Of a stretch of 64,000 bases of DNA, positions 40,736-52,487 are shown in pieces. Position 1 is the first letter of the stretch. Every line of letters starts with the position of its first letter. Origin of the DNA: Alphaproteobacteria bacterium (GTDB lineage: Bacteria > Pseudomonadota > Alphaproteobacteria > SHVV01); contig OZ253470.1 of assembly GCA_965261735.1 (NCBI GenBank), positions 1,792,001-1,856,000 of the forward strand. Reading direction: 5' to 3'. The position numbers and the translations under genes were made by a program. Below the pieces are notes generated by a model. It was not told the DNA's origin, did no database searches, and saw only the letters and a list, made by a program, of their open reading frames with translations.

Positions 40736-41656
40736 TTACGCCCTCTTTCCAACCATTTTTTGTGCCGACGGCGAGATTTCCGGGGCACCAGCAATTATGC
40801 AACGCTCGCGCCCGGCCAGGTCACGGTACGTGCCGAGCGCGACCAGGCCGGCGGCGGTGAGGATCGCGCGTACCGGCGCGGCCTGGTGCGGCGCGACCTC
40901 GACGACGGCGTGGCCGGAGCCCGCGAGCAGGCGCGCAAGTTGCGGCGCGAGCGCACGGTAGGCGGCGAGCCCGTCCCTGCCGCCGGCGAGCGACAGGGTC
41001 GGCTCGAAGCGAACCTCAGGGGCCAGGGCGCGCACCTCCGCCTCGCTGAGGTAGGGCGGATTGGTGACGATCACGTCGAATCGCGCGGCCAGCGGCGCAC
41101 CCCAGTCGGCGACCACGAACCGGGCGCGGGGCGCCACGCCGAGCGCGCGTGCGTTGGCTGCGGCCGTTTGGGCGGCCTCGGCGCTGAGGTCGATGCCAAC
41201 ACCCAAAGCATTGGGGAGCTCGTGCAGGAGCGATAACAGTAGGCAGCCGGTGCCGACGCCGAGATCGGCGATCGCGAGAGCCGCCGAGCGATCCTCGATG
41301 CGGGCGAGCGCGGCCTCGACCAGGGTCTCGCTGTCGGGCCGCGGATCGAACGTCGCCGGGGTCACGGCGAACGTGTGGTCCCAGAACGCTCGCCGCCCAA
41401 GGATGCGCGAGACCGGCTCGCGGCGGCCGCGTCGCTCGACAAGCTCGCGAAAGGCGAGCGCGGCCGCGCCGCCCAGGGCGCGCTCGGGATGAGCCACCAG
41501 CGCCCCTCGCGGCACGCCGAGCGCGGCACCCAACAGCAGGCCGGCATCGAGCCCCGGCTGCGCCACGCCGGCCGCGCGCAAACCATTGCGTGCGTGCGCC
41601 AGCGCCGTGGCGACGGTCGCCGCCGGCGCTTGAGGTCGTGGCGCCACGCCCCTCAT
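40736..41656 (-). CDS. prmC: Release factor glutamine methyltransferase
   Basis: [32 protein letters not shown]; follows prfA. Confidence 0.95.
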   Translation of the reverse strand: MRGVAPRPQAPAATVATALAHARNGLRAAGVAQPGLDAGLLLGAALGVPRGALVAHPERALGGAAALAFRELVERRGRREPVSRILGRRAFWDHTFAVTPATFDPRPDSETLVEAALARIEDRSAALAIADLGVGTGCLLLSLLHELPNALGVGIDLSAEAAQTAAANARALGVAPRARFVVADWGAPLAARFDVIVTNPPYLSEAEVRALAPEVRFEPTLSLAGGRDGLAAYRALAPQLARLLAGSGHAVVEVAPHQAAPVRAILTAAGLVALGTYRDLAGRERCIIAGAPEISPSAQKMVGKRA

Positions 41657-42738
41657 CGTTCGTCGCCAATCTCGGCCAGTCGGCGCGCCTGGTCGTCGGC
41701 GATCAAGGGCTCGATAATCTCGTCCAACGCCTCGCCCTCCATCATGCCGTCGAGCTTGTGGAGGGTGAGGTTGATGCGGTGGTCGGTCACCCTGTTTTGC
41801 GGGAAGTTGTAGGTGCGCACGCGCTCCGAGCGGTCGCCGGTGCCGACCTGCCCCTTGCGCTTGGCGGCGCGCTCGGCGTCGCGGGCAGCGCGCTCGCGGT
41901 CGTAGAGGCGGGCGCGCAGCACCTTCATCGCCTTGGCACGGTTCTTGTGTTGCGACTTTTCATCCTGCTGCTGCACGACGATGCCGCTAGGCAGGTGCGT
42001 GATGCGCACGGCGCTGTCGGTGGTGTTGACCGACTGGCCGCCCGGTCCGCTGGAGCGGAACACGTCGATTCGCAGGTCCTTGTCGGCGATGTCGATGTCG
42101 ACGTCTTCGGCCTCCGGAAGCACGGCGACGGTCGAGGCCGAGGTGTGAATGCGCCCGCTCGCCTCGGTCTCGGGCACGCGCTGTACGCGGTGAACGCCTG
42201 ATTCAAACTTGAGCCGCGCGAACACGCCGCGCCCGGTGATCTCGGCGATCGCCTCCTTGTAGCCGCCGCGCCCCGTCTCGGCCAAGTTCATGATGTCGAA
42301 GCGCCACCCATTGTGCTCCGCGTAGCGCTGGTACATGCGAAATAGATCGGCCGCGAACAGCGCCGCCTCCTCGCCGCCGGTCCCGGGGCGCACCTCGAGG
42401 ATCGCGTTGCCGGCGTCGGCCTCGTCCTTGGGCAGAAGCAGCACTTCGAGGTCGCGCCCGAGCTCCGGCAGGCGGTGCGCGACGGCCTCGCGCTCGGCTC
42501 GCGCCAACTCGCGCATCTCGGCATCGGACGACGGATCGGTAGCGAGGGCCTCGAGCTCGGCGAGCTCTTTCTGGGCGCTTTGCAGCTCGTTGATATGGGC
42601 GACAAGCCCGGAGAGCTCCGCATGCTCCTTGGACAGCCGCACGAAGGCCTCGCGGTCGAGGTCCTGCGCGCCCGCGAGTGCCGCCTCGATCTCGTGGTGG
42701 CGGGCGATCAACTTGTCGAGCTTGTCCGCGGCGATCAT
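41653..42738 (-). CDS. prfA: Peptide chain release factor 1
   Basis: [21 protein letters not shown] (PxT), [21 protein letters not shown]. Confidence 0.98.
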   Translation of the reverse strand: MIAADKLDKLIARHHEIEAALAGAQDLDREAFVRLSKEHAELSGLVAHINELQSAQKELAELEALATDPSSDAEMRELARAEREAVAHRLPELGRDLEVLLLPKDEADAGNAILEVRPGTGGEEAALFAADLFRMYQRYAEHNGWRFDIMNLAETGRGGYKEAIAEITGRGVFARLKFESGVHRVQRVPETEASGRIHTSASTVAVLPEAEDVDIDIADKDLRIDVFRSSGPGGQSVNTTDSAVRITHLPSGIVVQQQDEKSQHKNRAKAMKVLRARLYDRERAARDAERAAKRKGQVGTGDRSERVRTYNFPQNRVTDHRINLTLHKLDGMMEGEALDEIIEPLIADDQARRLAEIGDER

Positions 42739-42778
42739 GGGTGGGGCCGAGCCAACGGCGGCAAAGAATAGGGCGACA

Positions 42779-44023
42779 TCAGCGGTAGGGGGCGAGGCGA
42801 TTGGCGACATCGGCGAGCGGCACCGACGATTGCGCGCCGGTGTCGAGGTCGCGCAGCGTGGCCGCTCCTTGCGCCAGCTCGTCCTCGCCGAGGAGCAAGG
42901 CGCACCGCGCGCCCAGCTTGTCCGCCCGGCGCAACCGGCGCTGTAGATTGCCGCGATAGCCGAGCTCGACGACGAAGCCCGCGCGACGGAGCTCGAGCGT
43001 GAGCGCCAAGGCCCGAGCTTGGGCCGCCTCGCCCACCGGGATCACCGCAACGGGGCGTCGCTTGGCAGGCGCGTCGCCGAGGAGCATCACGAGGCGGTCG
43101 ATGCCACCGGCCCAACCGGTGCCGGGCGTCGGCGGCCCGCCCATGGCCTCGATGAGCCCGTCGTAGCGGCCGCCGGCGATGACGGCGCCCTGAGCGCCGA
43201 GCGCGGTGGTGGTGAACTCGAACGCCGTGTGCGTGTAGTAGTCGAGGCCGCGCACGAGCCGCCCGTTGACCGTGTAGTCGACGCCGAGCGCATCGAGGCC
43301 GGCGCGCACGGCGGCGAAATAGTCGGCGGCCTCGGGCGTCAGGTGGTCGGCGATCGGCGGTGCTCCGTCGACGATGCGGCGATCACCGGTGTCCTTGGAG
43401 TCGAGGATGCGCAGCGGGTTGCGCTCGAGGCGGGCGAGGCTGTCGGGTGACAAGGAGTCGCGGTGGGCGCTGAAATAGTCGGCGAGCACGGCCCGGTGGG
43501 CGCCGCGGCTCGCCGCATCGCCGAGGGTATTGAGCTCCAGCGTGCAGGCGTCGTCGACGCCGAGGGCTTCGAGCAGGTGGGCGCCGAGCGCGATGATCTC
43601 GATGTCGGCCTGCGGCTCGGCGACGCCGAGCACCTCGACGTCGATTTGGTGGAACTGGCGCAGACGCCCCTTCTGCGGCCTCTCATAGCGGAACATGGGG
43701 CCGCTGGCGAAGAATTTGAGCGGCAGGTCCTGGCCCATGCCGCCCGAAATGAAGGCGCGCGCGATACCGGCCGTGAACTCGGGTCTGAGCGTGATCTCGT
43801 CACCGCCGCGGTCGTTGAACGTGTACATCTCCTTTTGAACGATGTCGGAGGAGTCGCCGAGCGTGCGCCTGAAGACGTCCGAGAACTCGAAGACGGGCGT
43901 CGCGATCTCGCCAAAGCCGTAGCGCTCGGCGAGCTCGCGCGCCGTCTCCACGACGAGGCGGTGGCGCGAGCCGTCTTCGGGCAGAATGTCGTGCGTGCCG
44001 CGTACCGGCTGTAACGCGGGCAA
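42779..44023 (-). CDS. hisS: Histidine--tRNA ligase
   Basis: [44 protein letters not shown]. Confidence 0.97.
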   Translation of the reverse strand: MPALQPVRGTHDILPEDGSRHRLVVETARELAERYGFGEIATPVFEFSDVFRRTLGDSSDIVQKEMYTFNDRGGDEITLRPEFTAGIARAFISGGMGQDLPLKFFASGPMFRYERPQKGRLRQFHQIDVEVLGVAEPQADIEIIALGAHLLEALGVDDACTLELNTLGDAASRGAHRAVLADYFSAHRDSLSPDSLARLERNPLRILDSKDTGDRRIVDGAPPIADHLTPEAADYFAAVRAGLDALGVDYTVNGRLVRGLDYYTHTAFEFTTTALGAQGAVIAGGRYDGLIEAMGGPPTPGTGWAGGIDRLVMLLGDAPAKRRPVAVIPVGEAAQARALALTLELRRAGFVVELGYRGNLQRRLRRADKLGARCALLLGEDELAQGAATLRDLDTGAQSSVPLADVANRLAPYR

Positions 44024-44039
44024 GAGGCTCTCCCTCGGG

Positions 44040-45173
44040 CTAGGAGGCGGGGGCGGCCGGCAACGGCGCAGGCTTCGTCTTGCCCTCGATCTCGGCGGCC
44101 TTGCGCTCCACCAGCTCGACCACGTGGTCGATCAGGCCCTTATCGTAGACCTTGTGATCCGCGACCCCGCTCAGGTAGATGAGGTGGTTGCCGTGGCCCC
44201 CGCCGGTGAGCCCGATGTCGGTCTGCATCGCCTCCCCCGGACCGTTGACGACGCAGCCGATCACCGACAGCGTCACCGGCGTCGTCACGTGGGCGAGCCG
44301 GCGCTCGAGGATCTCGACCGTCTCGATGACGGGAAACGCCTGCCGCGCGCAGGACGGACACGCGATCACGCTGACGCCGCGCCGGCGCAGGCCGAGCGCG
44401 CGCAACAGATCGTGGCCGACACGCACCTCCTCGACGGGGTCCGCGGACAATGACACGCGGATGGTATCGCCGATCCCCTCCATGAGCAGGACACCCATGC
44501 CGAGAGAGGACTTGACCGTGCCGCTGCGCAGGCCGCCGGCCTCGGTGACGCCGACGTGAAGCGGGTAGTCGCACACCGCGGCGAGCTGGCGATACGCGGC
44601 GACGGCGAGGAACACGTCGGATGCCTTGACGCTGATCTTGAAGTCGAGGAAGTCGTTGTCTTCCAGGAGTCGCGCGTGGCGCAGCGCGCTTTCGACCATG
44701 GCCTCCGGGCAGGGCTCGCCATGCGCCTCGAGAATGTCGCGCTCGAGCGAGCCGGCATTGACTCCGATGCGCATGCTCAGCCCGTGCGCCCGCGCGGCCG
44801 CAATCACCTCGCGCACCCGCTCGACCGCGCCGATGTTACCAGGATTGATGCGCAAGCAGGCCGCGCCCGCCTCGGCCGCTTCGATGGCGCGCCGGTAGTG
44901 GAAGTGGATGTCGGCGACGATCGGCACCGCGACCTCGGCAACGATGTCCGCGAGCGCGCGCGTCGACTCGCGGTCGGGACAGGAGATGCGCACGATATCG
45001 GCGCCCGCCGCTTCCATTTCGCGCACCTGGGCCACGGTCGCGGCGACGTCCGTGGTCAGCGTGTTGGTCATCGATTGCACGGTTATCGGCGCGCCGCCGC
45101 CGACGGCGACGGTACCGACATTAATGCGCCGCGAACGGCGCCGAACGACGTCGCGATAGGGTCTAAGGCTCAT
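44040..45173 (-). CDS. ispG: HMBPP synthase (MEP pathway)
   Basis: [45 protein letters not shown]. Confidence 0.97.
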   Translation of the reverse strand: MSLRPYRDVVRRRSRRINVGTVAVGGGAPITVQSMTNTLTTDVAATVAQVREMEAAGADIVRISCPDRESTRALADIVAEVAVPIVADIHFHYRRAIEAAEAGAACLRINPGNIGAVERVREVIAAARAHGLSMRIGVNAGSLERDILEAHGEPCPEAMVESALRHARLLEDNDFLDFKISVKASDVFLAVAAYRQLAAVCDYPLHVGVTEAGGLRSGTVKSSLGMGVLLMEGIGDTIRVSLSADPVEEVRVGHDLLRALGLRRRGVSVIACPSCARQAFPVIETVEILERRLAHVTTPVTLSVIGCVVNGPGEAMQTDIGLTGGGHGNHLIYLSGVADHKVYDKGLIDHVVELVERKAAEIEGKTKPAPLPAAPAS

Positions 45174-45278
45174 GGCACGGCTCGCTCCGGGACCTGGCCC
45201 ACGCAGGCGCCGCTCCCGTCGCGCGTAACATGGCGCCCTCACGCGGCGAGATCAAGCGGCGCGCACGGCCACCGGGTT

Positions 45279-46688
45279 CTAGGGCGTGACCGCGGTGCCA
45301 GCCAGCAACCGCTCCGGACTCAACGAGATATTGCGGCGCACGGCGCCGACCGGGCCGAGCGGCGGCACGGTCTTGCCATCGACCGCAAGTTCGAGGGCAC
45401 CGGCGTTGCCGGTCGTCAGCATCAGGTCCGGGCGATTGGGGGCCATGTATCTGTCGCCGCCCCTCAGGATGCGAGTCAGGTGCAGTGCGTTGTCGGTGCC
45501 GGTCACCTGGACCCAGCTGTCCATCAATGCGGTTACGACGACGCGCGCATCGGTATTGCCCGCGCCGTAGACCTGCGGGACGTACCCGCTGCCGGCGTCG
45601 GCCCCGGCCGCTTCACCGGCGTCCGCTGACACGGATTCGGTCACCGCGCTAACCGCGACCATGGCGGGCGGAAGCACGGGCGGCGTCGTGTCCGTGGTCT
45701 CCGCCGATGCGATCGCCGCTGGCAGGGTTGCGGGCGCCGTCTGCGGTGCGACCGCCCGAGTCGGCTGCGGCGAAGGCGCCAGAGCCGTCGATACTGGAAC
45801 CGGCGCGCCCACGCCGGTTTCCGGCGCTGGCGCCACCACGCGCGCCGCTGAGGCAGGCACCGGCGCCGGCTGCGGTGAGATCGCGAGCGCGGCTACCGAC
45901 GGCGTGCGCGTCACCTCGGCCAAGGGCGCGTCCGGCGTTGCTGCCGGCGTCTCCTCCGCGAAGGGGGCGACCGCGATGCCGCTGCCACCGCCGGTCGGCG
46001 GCGCCGTGAACTCGACCTGTGCGGAGGGTCCGCGTGCCGCGCCGGCCGGGCGGGATGTCGCGATGAGGTTCGGGCCCGCTTGCGCCCCGTCCGCGGACGA
46101 CTCCACCGTAGTTATTTTCGGGGGCGGCGAACCGCCTCCCAACGCCATGGGCGACAGCGTCGGAACCCCGGCCAGCCGGGCAATGCGTTCGGGAACATCG
46201 GGGATCAACTCGATCGCCACGCGGTTCTGCGACGACAGGTAGTTCCATGCACCGTAGGCGCCGATCACGATCACGGCCGATATCACGAGAAGGCGCCACC
46301 CCGGCAAGCGGCCTTCGGGAATCGGCTCCGGGAAGTGGAGCTCCGTATCGCCACCGGTTGCAGAGGTTTCCTCCTTGAACTCCTTGACCAACAGATCGCC
46401 GTCGAGCCCCATGGTCTCGGCATAGGAGCGCACGAAGCCAATGGCGTAGACGGCGCCGGGGAGGTCTTGGTAGCGGCCCTCCTCGATAGCCTCCAGATAG
46501 ACCCGGCGGATGCGCAGGCGCGTCGCGGCATCCGCCAGCGACAGACCGGCCTCGAGGCGCGCCGCGCGCAGCGTGGAGCCAACACGGTTGCTGAGCGTCG
46601 GGCCCGCGGCTTCGGGCTCACCTCCACCCAACCAGGACGGGTGATAGAGGCGCGGCCGCCGGGCCAGCAAGGGTTCGCGCTCCGCCAT
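45279..46688 (-). CDS. rodZ: RodZ-like protein (HTH, TM, low-complexity linker, DUF4115)
   Basis: VGSTLRAAR...YLEAIEEG...YAIGFVRSYA, one TM segment, Pro/Ala-rich linker, SWVQV...TGNAGAL; upstream of ispG. Confidence 0.85.
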   Translation of the reverse strand: MAEREPLLARRPRLYHPSWLGGGEPEAAGPTLSNRVGSTLRAARLEAGLSLADAATRLRIRRVYLEAIEEGRYQDLPGAVYAIGFVRSYAETMGLDGDLLVKEFKEETSATGGDTELHFPEPIPEGRLPGWRLLVISAVIVIGAYGAWNYLSSQNRVAIELIPDVPERIARLAGVPTLSPMALGGGSPPPKITTVESSADGAQAGPNLIATSRPAGAARGPSAQVEFTAPPTGGGSGIAVAPFAEETPAATPDAPLAEVTRTPSVAALAISPQPAPVPASAARVVAPAPETGVGAPVPVSTALAPSPQPTRAVAPQTAPATLPAAIASAETTDTTPPVLPPAMVAVSAVTESVSADAGEAAGADAGSGYVPQVYGAGNTDARVVVTALMDSWVQVTGTDNALHLTRILRGGDRYMAPNRPDLMLTTGNAGALELAVDGKTVPPLGPVGAVRRNISLSPERLLAGTAVTP

Positions 46689-46802
46689 CTCGGTCCCCCT
46701 GCGAATGATCCTCCTCGGAGGCCATTCGCCTCAGCCCGCCGGCGCGGCGCGACCGTTTCGCGAGCGGGTGCGGTCTAGGGATTGGTATCTGAACCGCAAG
46801 TG

Positions 46803-46818
46803 GTTACCATGATATTAA
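46803..46818 (-). promoter_or_regulatory. CtrA-box-like site upstream of rodZ
   Basis: Minus strand TTAA-TATCATG-GTAAC, one mismatch to TTAA-N7-TTAAC, in an AT-rich intergenic region. Confidence 0.45.
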
Positions 46819-46958
46819 AGCACGACCAAAAAAGCAAACGCCAGCAATAAGTTAAAAGCGGGAAGCCATAACTTGCATGAGTTGGGGCGGGCTCGTCGGG
46901 AAGGCACTGCGTCGACCCAGCAGCGCTGGCGCCGCCGCAGAGGTCAAGACGCCCCGCC

Positions 46959-48179
46959 TCACGGCGCGTCGAGGCCGTAGGCTGTGTGCAGCGCGCGCAG
47001 GGCGAGTTCGGCATATTCCTCGGCAATCACCACGCTTACCTTGATTTCCGAGGTCGAAATAACCTGAATGTTGATGCCCTTCTCGGCCAGCGTGCTGAAC
47101 ATGCGCGCGGCGACGCCGGCGTGGCTGCGCATGCCGACGCCGATGACGGACACCTTGACGACGCCGGCGTCGGACAGGAGGTCGCCGTACTGTATCTCGC
47201 CCTTCGCCGCCTCGATCACGGCGACCGCCCGCGGCAGACTGTCGCGCGGAAGCGTGAAGGTGAGGTCGGTCGCGGTGCCGCCGGCGGCGGCGCTTTGGAC
47301 GATCATATCGACGTTGATCGCGGCGTCGGCGAGGGGCCCGAAGATGCCCGCGGCCACGCCCGGGCGGTCGGCGATCCGCGTGAGCGTGACTTTAGCCTCG
47401 TCGCGCGAGTAGGCGATGCCGCTGACGACTTCCTGTTCCATGATCTCTTCCTCATCGACCACGAGGGTCCCGGGGGCTTCCGAGAAACTCGACAAGACCT
47501 GGAGGCGCACGCCCTGGGTCATGGCTAGCTGAACCGCGCGGGTGTGCAGCACCTTGGCGCCCTGCGACGCCATTTCGAGCATCTCTTCGTAGGTGACCCT
47601 CTCGAGCTTGCGCGCCTTGGCGACAATGCGGGGATCGGCCGTGAATACCCCCTCGACATCGGTGTAGATGTCGCAACGATCGGCGGCCAGGGCCGCCGCC
47701 AGCCCGACCGCGGTGATGTCGGAACCGCCGCGCCCGAGGGTGGTGATGCGCCCGCGCGGGCCGAGCCCCTGAAAGCCGGCGACGACCGCCACCTCGCCGT
47801 CGGCCATGCGGCGCTCGATGTCCTTGGTCTCGAGGCGCTGCAGGCGGGCGCCCGAATGCATCCCGTCCGTCGTCAGGGGCAGCTGCCATGCGAGCCAGGA
47901 GCGTGCCGATATGCCCAAGTCCTGGAGCGCCAGGGCGAGCAAGCCCGCCGTGACCTGCTCGCCACTGGAGACGACGACGTCGTGCTCGCGGGCGTCGTGG
48001 ACGGGCGCGCTCTCGCGCGTCCAATCGGAGAGCTGCTGGGTAGCGCCAGCCATGGCCGACACCACGACCGCGACCTCGTTGCCGCTGCCGATGCAGGCCT
48101 GGACGCGCCGCGCGGTACGCTTGATTCGCTCGACGTCGGCGACCGAAGTGCCGCCGAACTTGCAGACGATGCGCGCCAT
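46959..48179 (-). CDS. lysC: Aspartate kinase
   Basis: [27 protein letters not shown], two ACT domains, ISTSEIK. Confidence 0.97.
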   Translation of the reverse strand: MARIVCKFGGTSVADVERIKRTARRVQACIGSGNEVAVVVSAMAGATQQLSDWTRESAPVHDAREHDVVVSSGEQVTAGLLALALQDLGISARSWLAWQLPLTTDGMHSGARLQRLETKDIERRMADGEVAVVAGFQGLGPRGRITTLGRGGSDITAVGLAAALAADRCDIYTDVEGVFTADPRIVAKARKLERVTYEEMLEMASQGAKVLHTRAVQLAMTQGVRLQVLSSFSEAPGTLVVDEEEIMEQEVVSGIAYSRDEAKVTLTRIADRPGVAAGIFGPLADAAINVDMIVQSAAAGGTATDLTFTLPRDSLPRAVAVIEAAKGEIQYGDLLSDAGVVKVSVIGVGMRSHAGVAARMFSTLAEKGINIQVISTSEIKVSVVIAEEYAELALRALHTAYGLDAP

Positions 48180-48378
48180 GGGCGAGACGGTGCCGTGTCG
48201 TGGTGTCAAGGCCGCGCGGGCGCGGCCCGCCGCCTGCGGCCTTGCCCGGGCAAGGGCGCGTATTCATACTCGCTCGCTCGCCGCTCCGCAAGCCGGCCCG
48301 GCGTCGATCGCTCCTGAAGAAGGCGGCCGCGACATCGCCCGCTCGGCAACCACCAGACACCCGAATCGTCGCGATAGC

Positions 48379-49122
48379 GTGGACGCGCGCGAGCTCGCCC
48401 GCTTCGCTCGCCTGGCCGACTCGTGGTGGGACGCGAACGGCCCCCTGCGCGCCCTACACCGCCTCAACCCGGTGCGGTTGCGCTACATTCGCGATCGCCT
48501 GTGCGGGCACTTCGGCCGCGATGCGCTGTCGCCCTCGCCGCTCGCCGGCCTGCGCCTCCTCGACATCGGCTGCGGCGGCGGCCTACTGGCCGAGCCCATG
48601 GCCCGGCTCGGGGCGCGGGTGATGGGCGCGGACGCGGCCGAAGAAAACATCCTGGTCGCACGCCGCCATGCCGAGGGCGGCGAGCTCGACATCGATTATC
48701 GCGCCGCGACCGCCGAGGCGCTGGTCGATGCGGGCGAGGTATTCGATGCCGTGCTCAGCATGGAGGTCATCGAGCACGTCTCCGACGTCGACGCCTTCGT
48801 CGCGGCGTGCGCTGCTTTGGTGGCGCCGGGCGGTGCCATGGTGGTGGCCACGCTCAATCGCACGCCGAAGTCCTTTGCGCTGGCGATCGTGGGGGCCGAG
48901 TACGTGCTCGGCTGGCTACCGCGCGGCACCCATCGGTGGGAAAAGTTCGTGCGCCCGGCCGAGCTCGGCCGCGCGGCCCGTGGCGCTGGCCTCAGTCTCG
49001 AGGACCTCACGGGCGTGGCCTACGACGCGGCCTCGGGCGACTGGCGCCCGGGGCGCGACGTCGCGGTCAACTATATGGGGTTCTTCATCAAGGGGCGCGC
49101 CGGCCACACCGCCGCGCGCTAG
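48379..49122 (+). CDS. ubiG: Ubiquinone biosynthesis O-methyltransferase
   Basis: [44 protein letters not shown]. Start is uncertain. Confidence 0.95.
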   Translation: MDARELARFARLADSWWDANGPLRALHRLNPVRLRYIRDRLCGHFGRDALSPSPLAGLRLLDIGCGGGLLAEPMARLGARVMGADAAEENILVARRHAEGGELDIDYRAATAEALVDAGEVFDAVLSMEVIEHVSDVDAFVAACAALVAPGGAMVVATLNRTPKSFALAIVGAEYVLGWLPRGTHRWEKFVRPAELGRAARGAGLSLEDLTGVAYDAASGDWRPGRDVAVNYMGFFIKGRAGHTAAR

Positions 49123-49547
49123 GCGTCGTGGCGCGGCCAGGGAAGGGCGTTGAACTCGACCCCCTCGTCCTTGAGCTCGCGCGATTCCTCGGTCGTCGCT
49201 TCGCCATAGATATTGTGCTTGTCGACCTCGCCGTAATGGATCTTGCGGGCCTCGTCGGCAAACTTGGGACCGACGTAGTCGCAAGTCTTTTCCACGTGAT
49301 CGCGCATTTGGTAGAGCATCTGCATGTAGTGCGCCGCCTTGGGATCGGCCGGAGCGGTCGCCGGGGCGGGCTCGTTCGCCTTGCCGCGGGCGACGTTCGG
49401 CGCCATAAGCGCCTTGTCGATGAGGGTGCTTCCGCAGGCCGGGCAACTGACGGCGCCGCGCTTTACCTGCGCGTCGTAGGCGGCGCTGTCGGCGAACCAC
49501 GCCTCGAAGACGTGGCTGCGCTCACATTTCAGGTCGAAAACGATCAT
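49119..49547 (-). CDS. DUF1178 family protein
   Basis: [41 protein letters not shown]. Confidence 0.92.
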   Translation of the reverse strand: MIVFDLKCERSHVFEAWFADSAAYDAQVKRGAVSCPACGSTLIDKALMAPNVARGKANEPAPATAPADPKAAHYMQMLYQMRDHVEKTCDYVGPKFADEARKIHYGEVDKHNIYGEATTEESRELKDEGVEFNALPWPRHDA

Positions 49548-49614
49548 CGCTCATCCGCAGGCACTATGGCGCCGCACCGTCGCGGCGACCCGCAACGATA
49601 TCACAATTCGCTAT

Positions 49615-49642
49615 AAATGGGACTCGGCGACCCTGGAACAAG
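49615..49642 (-). promoter_or_regulatory. Putative RpoH-type promoter for DUF1178
   Basis: CTTG, 17-bp spacer, CCCATTT on the minus strand. Confidence 0.4.
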
Positions 49643-49650
49643 GGGTCGGG

Positions 49651-50514
49651 TCACTCGGCGGCACGCGCCGGTGCGGCATCGGTGCCGTCCGGCGGGGCGA
49701 AGTCGCGGTCGTGGTCGAGCGCCGGAATCATCGCCCTCGCCTCTTCGATCCGGGTGGGGTCGATCGTCGTCACGACAAAACCCGGTGCTTCGCCCGCATC
49801 GGCGAGCACGGCGCCCCATGGGTCGACGATGAGGGCGTGCCCGAACGTCTGGCGCCCGCCGGGATGATCGCCCGCCTGCGCCGGCGCGAACACGTAGGCG
49901 CCGGTCTCGATGGCGCGGGCGCGCAGGAGCACGTGCCAATGGGCCCGGCCGGTGACGCGCGTAAACGCTGAGGGGACGGCGAGGTAGCCCGCGCCGGCCC
50001 GCGCCAAGGATCGGTAGAGGTGCGCAAAACGCAAGTCGTAGCAGATGGTGAGGCCGAAGGGCCCCCACGGCGAGGCCGCGCTCACCGCTGCCGCGCCCGG
50101 CCGGAAGCTCTCGGACTCGCGGAAGCGCTCGCCGCTCGGCAGATCGACGTCGAACATGTGGATCTTGTCGTAGCGCGCGCGAATGCCGCCATCGGGCGCG
50201 ATCCAGTAGGACCGGTTGGCGATTCGCGCGCCGCGCAGGCGTACACCGAGCGAGCCGATCAGCAGCCACACGCCGGTCTCGATCGCGAGCCTGCGGAACG
50301 CGGCCAGTGCCGGGTGCGATCCTTCGGGTCGCGCCGCCGCGCGGATGGATTGCCCGCTCGCCGCCATCATCGCCACGTTCTCGGGCAGCGCGACGACATC
50401 GGCACCGGCGCCGCGCGCGTCGCGCACCAGCGCCTCGGCGGCCGCGATATTGGCGGCCATGTCGTCGCCGGCGTTGACCTGAACGCAGGCGAGCGCAAAC
50501 GGTGGGACGCTCAC
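49651..50514 (-). CDS. Carbon-nitrogen hydrolase (Nit1 / deaminated glutathione amidase-like)
   Basis: LPEN, YDKIHMFDV, ICYDLRF (E-K-C triad), LLRARAIE, VDPWG. Confidence 0.92.
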   Translation of the reverse strand: MSVPPFALACVQVNAGDDMAANIAAAEALVRDARGAGADVVALPENVAMMAASGQSIRAAARPEGSHPALAAFRRLAIETGVWLLIGSLGVRLRGARIANRSYWIAPDGGIRARYDKIHMFDVDLPSGERFRESESFRPGAAAVSAASPWGPFGLTICYDLRFAHLYRSLARAGAGYLAVPSAFTRVTGRAHWHVLLRARAIETGAYVFAPAQAGDHPGGRQTFGHALIVDPWGAVLADAGEAPGFVVTTIDPTRIEEARAMIPALDHDRDFAPPDGTDAAPARAAE

Positions 50515-50581
50515 CCCTCGGACCCCGCGCCGCGCGGCGGCCTCAACCATTTTCGCCCTTCCCGACCCGGTCTGGCCTAGG

Positions 50582-51349
50582 CTACGCGGCGCTGGCACGT
50601 GGCCTGACGACCCGCGCCAGCGTTAGCACGTCGACGTTCGCCGCGCCGGCTCGGCGCAGCGTCGCGACGCAGGCGTCCGCCGTGGCGCCGGTGGTCATCA
50701 CGTCGTCGACGAGCACGACACGCCGGTCGCGCACGCGTGCGGCCCGGTCGCGGCCCACTCGGAAGGCGCCACGCACGTTACGGGCCCGCGCGGCGAGGCT
50801 GAGGCCCGTTTGGGGCGGCGTTCGGCGCACCCTCTCGAGCAGGTCGGGAACGACCTCGATGGCGCGCGCCCGGGCGATTCCCTGTGCCAGCAACGCGGCC
50901 TGGTTGAACCGGCGCGCGAGAAGTCGGAGGCGGTGTAGCGGCACCGGCACGAGCATGTCGGCATTGTCCAGGAGCGCGGCGCCTGCGTGCGCCATCCAGG
51001 TCGCGAAGCGCGGCACGGCCTCCGTCCGGTCGCCGTACTTGAAGGCGAGGACGAGGCGCCGCGAGTGATCGTCGTAGCGCATAACCGCGCGCGCCCGGCC
51101 GTAGCGCGGACGCTCCCGCGTGCATGCGCCGCACAGCGCTTCCGCGCCGACATCGAAGCTGAAGGGAAAGCCGCAGATTGCGCATTGGGGCGCGTCGATA
51201 AAGTCGACGCGGCGCCAGCAATCGGCGCACAGGCTACCCTGGCGATCGACGGGCGCGCGGCACGACAGGCACTGCGGCGGCATGAGCGCGTCGAGCACGA
51301 CGCCCGTGCCCCATCGCGCATGATTGCGGACGATATCGATCGCGCCCAT
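50582..51349 (-). CDS. comF: ComF family protein
   Basis: Zn-ribbon CxxC pairs, FKYGD, PVPLH, RRFNQ, LVDDVMTTGAT. Confidence 0.93.
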   Translation of the reverse strand: MGAIDIVRNHARWGTGVVLDALMPPQCLSCRAPVDRQGSLCADCWRRVDFIDAPQCAICGFPFSFDVGAEALCGACTRERPRYGRARAVMRYDDHSRRLVLAFKYGDRTEAVPRFATWMAHAGAALLDNADMLVPVPLHRLRLLARRFNQAALLAQGIARARAIEVVPDLLERVRRTPPQTGLSLAARARNVRGAFRVGRDRAARVRDRRVVLVDDVMTTGATADACVATLRRAGAANVDVLTLARVVRPRASAA

Positions 51350-51420
51350 GGCCAGTCATTGAACGCCTCATTGGCGGGCCGCGTCAACGCCGCCCGGCGC
51401 GCCCGCTATGCCGGGTCGGT

Positions 51421-52368
51421 ATGGCGTGGCATAAGAGTGGCGTGGTGCAGCCTTCCTCCGATCCCATGCGCGTGTTCGACCGCATCGCCGTGCGCCGCCA
51501 CCGCGAGCGCGCGGCCGCCGGGCTCGAGCGCCACGACTTTCTCGCGCGCGAGATCGGGAACCGGCTGGTCGAGCGCCTCGCCGCCGTGAAGCGGACGTTC
51601 GCGCTGACGCTCGCGCTCGGCGCCCCGGCCGAGGCGCTCGCCGGGGCGGCGCCACTCGCCGGCTGCGCGCTCGTGACGAGCGACCTTTCGCCCGCGATGT
51701 TGCGGCGCGCTGGAGCCGGCCGGCGAATAGGCGCGGTCGCCGCTGATGAGGAGTGGCTGCCGTTCGCGCCCGAGCGCTTCGACCTCGTGCTCGGCCTCCT
51801 GTCGCTGCATTGGGTCAACGACCTCCCCGGAGCGCTGGTGCAGATCCGCCAATGCCTGAAACCCGACGGGTTGCTGCTCGCGGCCATGCTTGGGGGTGAG
51901 ACGCTGTCCGAGCTGCGCCGCGCCTGGGTCGAGGCCGAAGCGGCCGAGGAGGGCGGCGCCAGCCCGCGCATATCGCCGTTCGTGGATGCCGGCGAGGCGG
52001 CTAGCCTGCTCCAGCGCGCGGGTTTCGCACTGCCCATCGTCGACGTCGACACGGTTGCCGTCACCTACCCCGACGCGCTCGCCCTGATGGCGGAACTGCG
52101 CGGCATGGGCGAGGCCAACGCCGCGTGCGCGCGCACCCGGCGCTTCACCCGCCGCGCCACTCTGATGACGGCGGCGGCGGCCTACCGCGAGCATTACGGC
52201 GACCCGGACGGGCGCGTTCCGGCGACCTTCCAGGTCCTCACGCTCACCGCCTGGAGGCCTCACCAGTCGCAGCCCAAGCCCTTACGCCCAGGCAGTGCCG
52301 AGGGCCGGCTCGCCGAGGCCCTCGACACGGTCGAAATTGCGGCTGGCGACAAGGCTCGGCCGCGCTAG
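51421..52368 (+). CDS. SAM-dependent methyltransferase (NDUFAF5/BioC-like)
   Basis: VFDR, ADEEWLPF, LHWVNDLPG, TLSELR, PRISPF, ELRGMGE, QPKPLRPGSA; divergent from comF. True start may be slightly downstream. Confidence 0.9.
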   Translation: MAWHKSGVVQPSSDPMRVFDRIAVRRHRERAAAGLERHDFLAREIGNRLVERLAAVKRTFALTLALGAPAEALAGAAPLAGCALVTSDLSPAMLRRAGAGRRIGAVAADEEWLPFAPERFDLVLGLLSLHWVNDLPGALVQIRQCLKPDGLLLAAMLGGETLSELRRAWVEAEAAEEGGASPRISPFVDAGEAASLLQRAGFALPIVDVDTVAVTYPDALALMAELRGMGEANAACARTRRFTRRATLMTAAAAYREHYGDPDGRVPATFQVLTLTAWRPHQSQPKPLRPGSAEGRLAEALDTVEIAAGDKARPR

Positions 52369-52487
52369 CGCGGGCCCGAGCCGGTCCCGGCCCGTCCGAC
52401 CTAACTTAGGTTAAGCGCCGAGGCGCTCGGAGCGAGCATGCTGCGCTAGCTGTTACGCCAACAGGGCGCAAAAACAAGGGGGTTGCT

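Noticed and set aside
45600-46150. Pro/Ala-rich stretch in rodZ as a repeat array
   Set aside because: Ordinary low-complexity linker with no discrete repeat unit.
48310-48381. Non-canonical ATC start for ubiG after GAAGAAGG
   Set aside because: GTG at 48379 is an adequate start; the sequence alone cannot distinguish the two.
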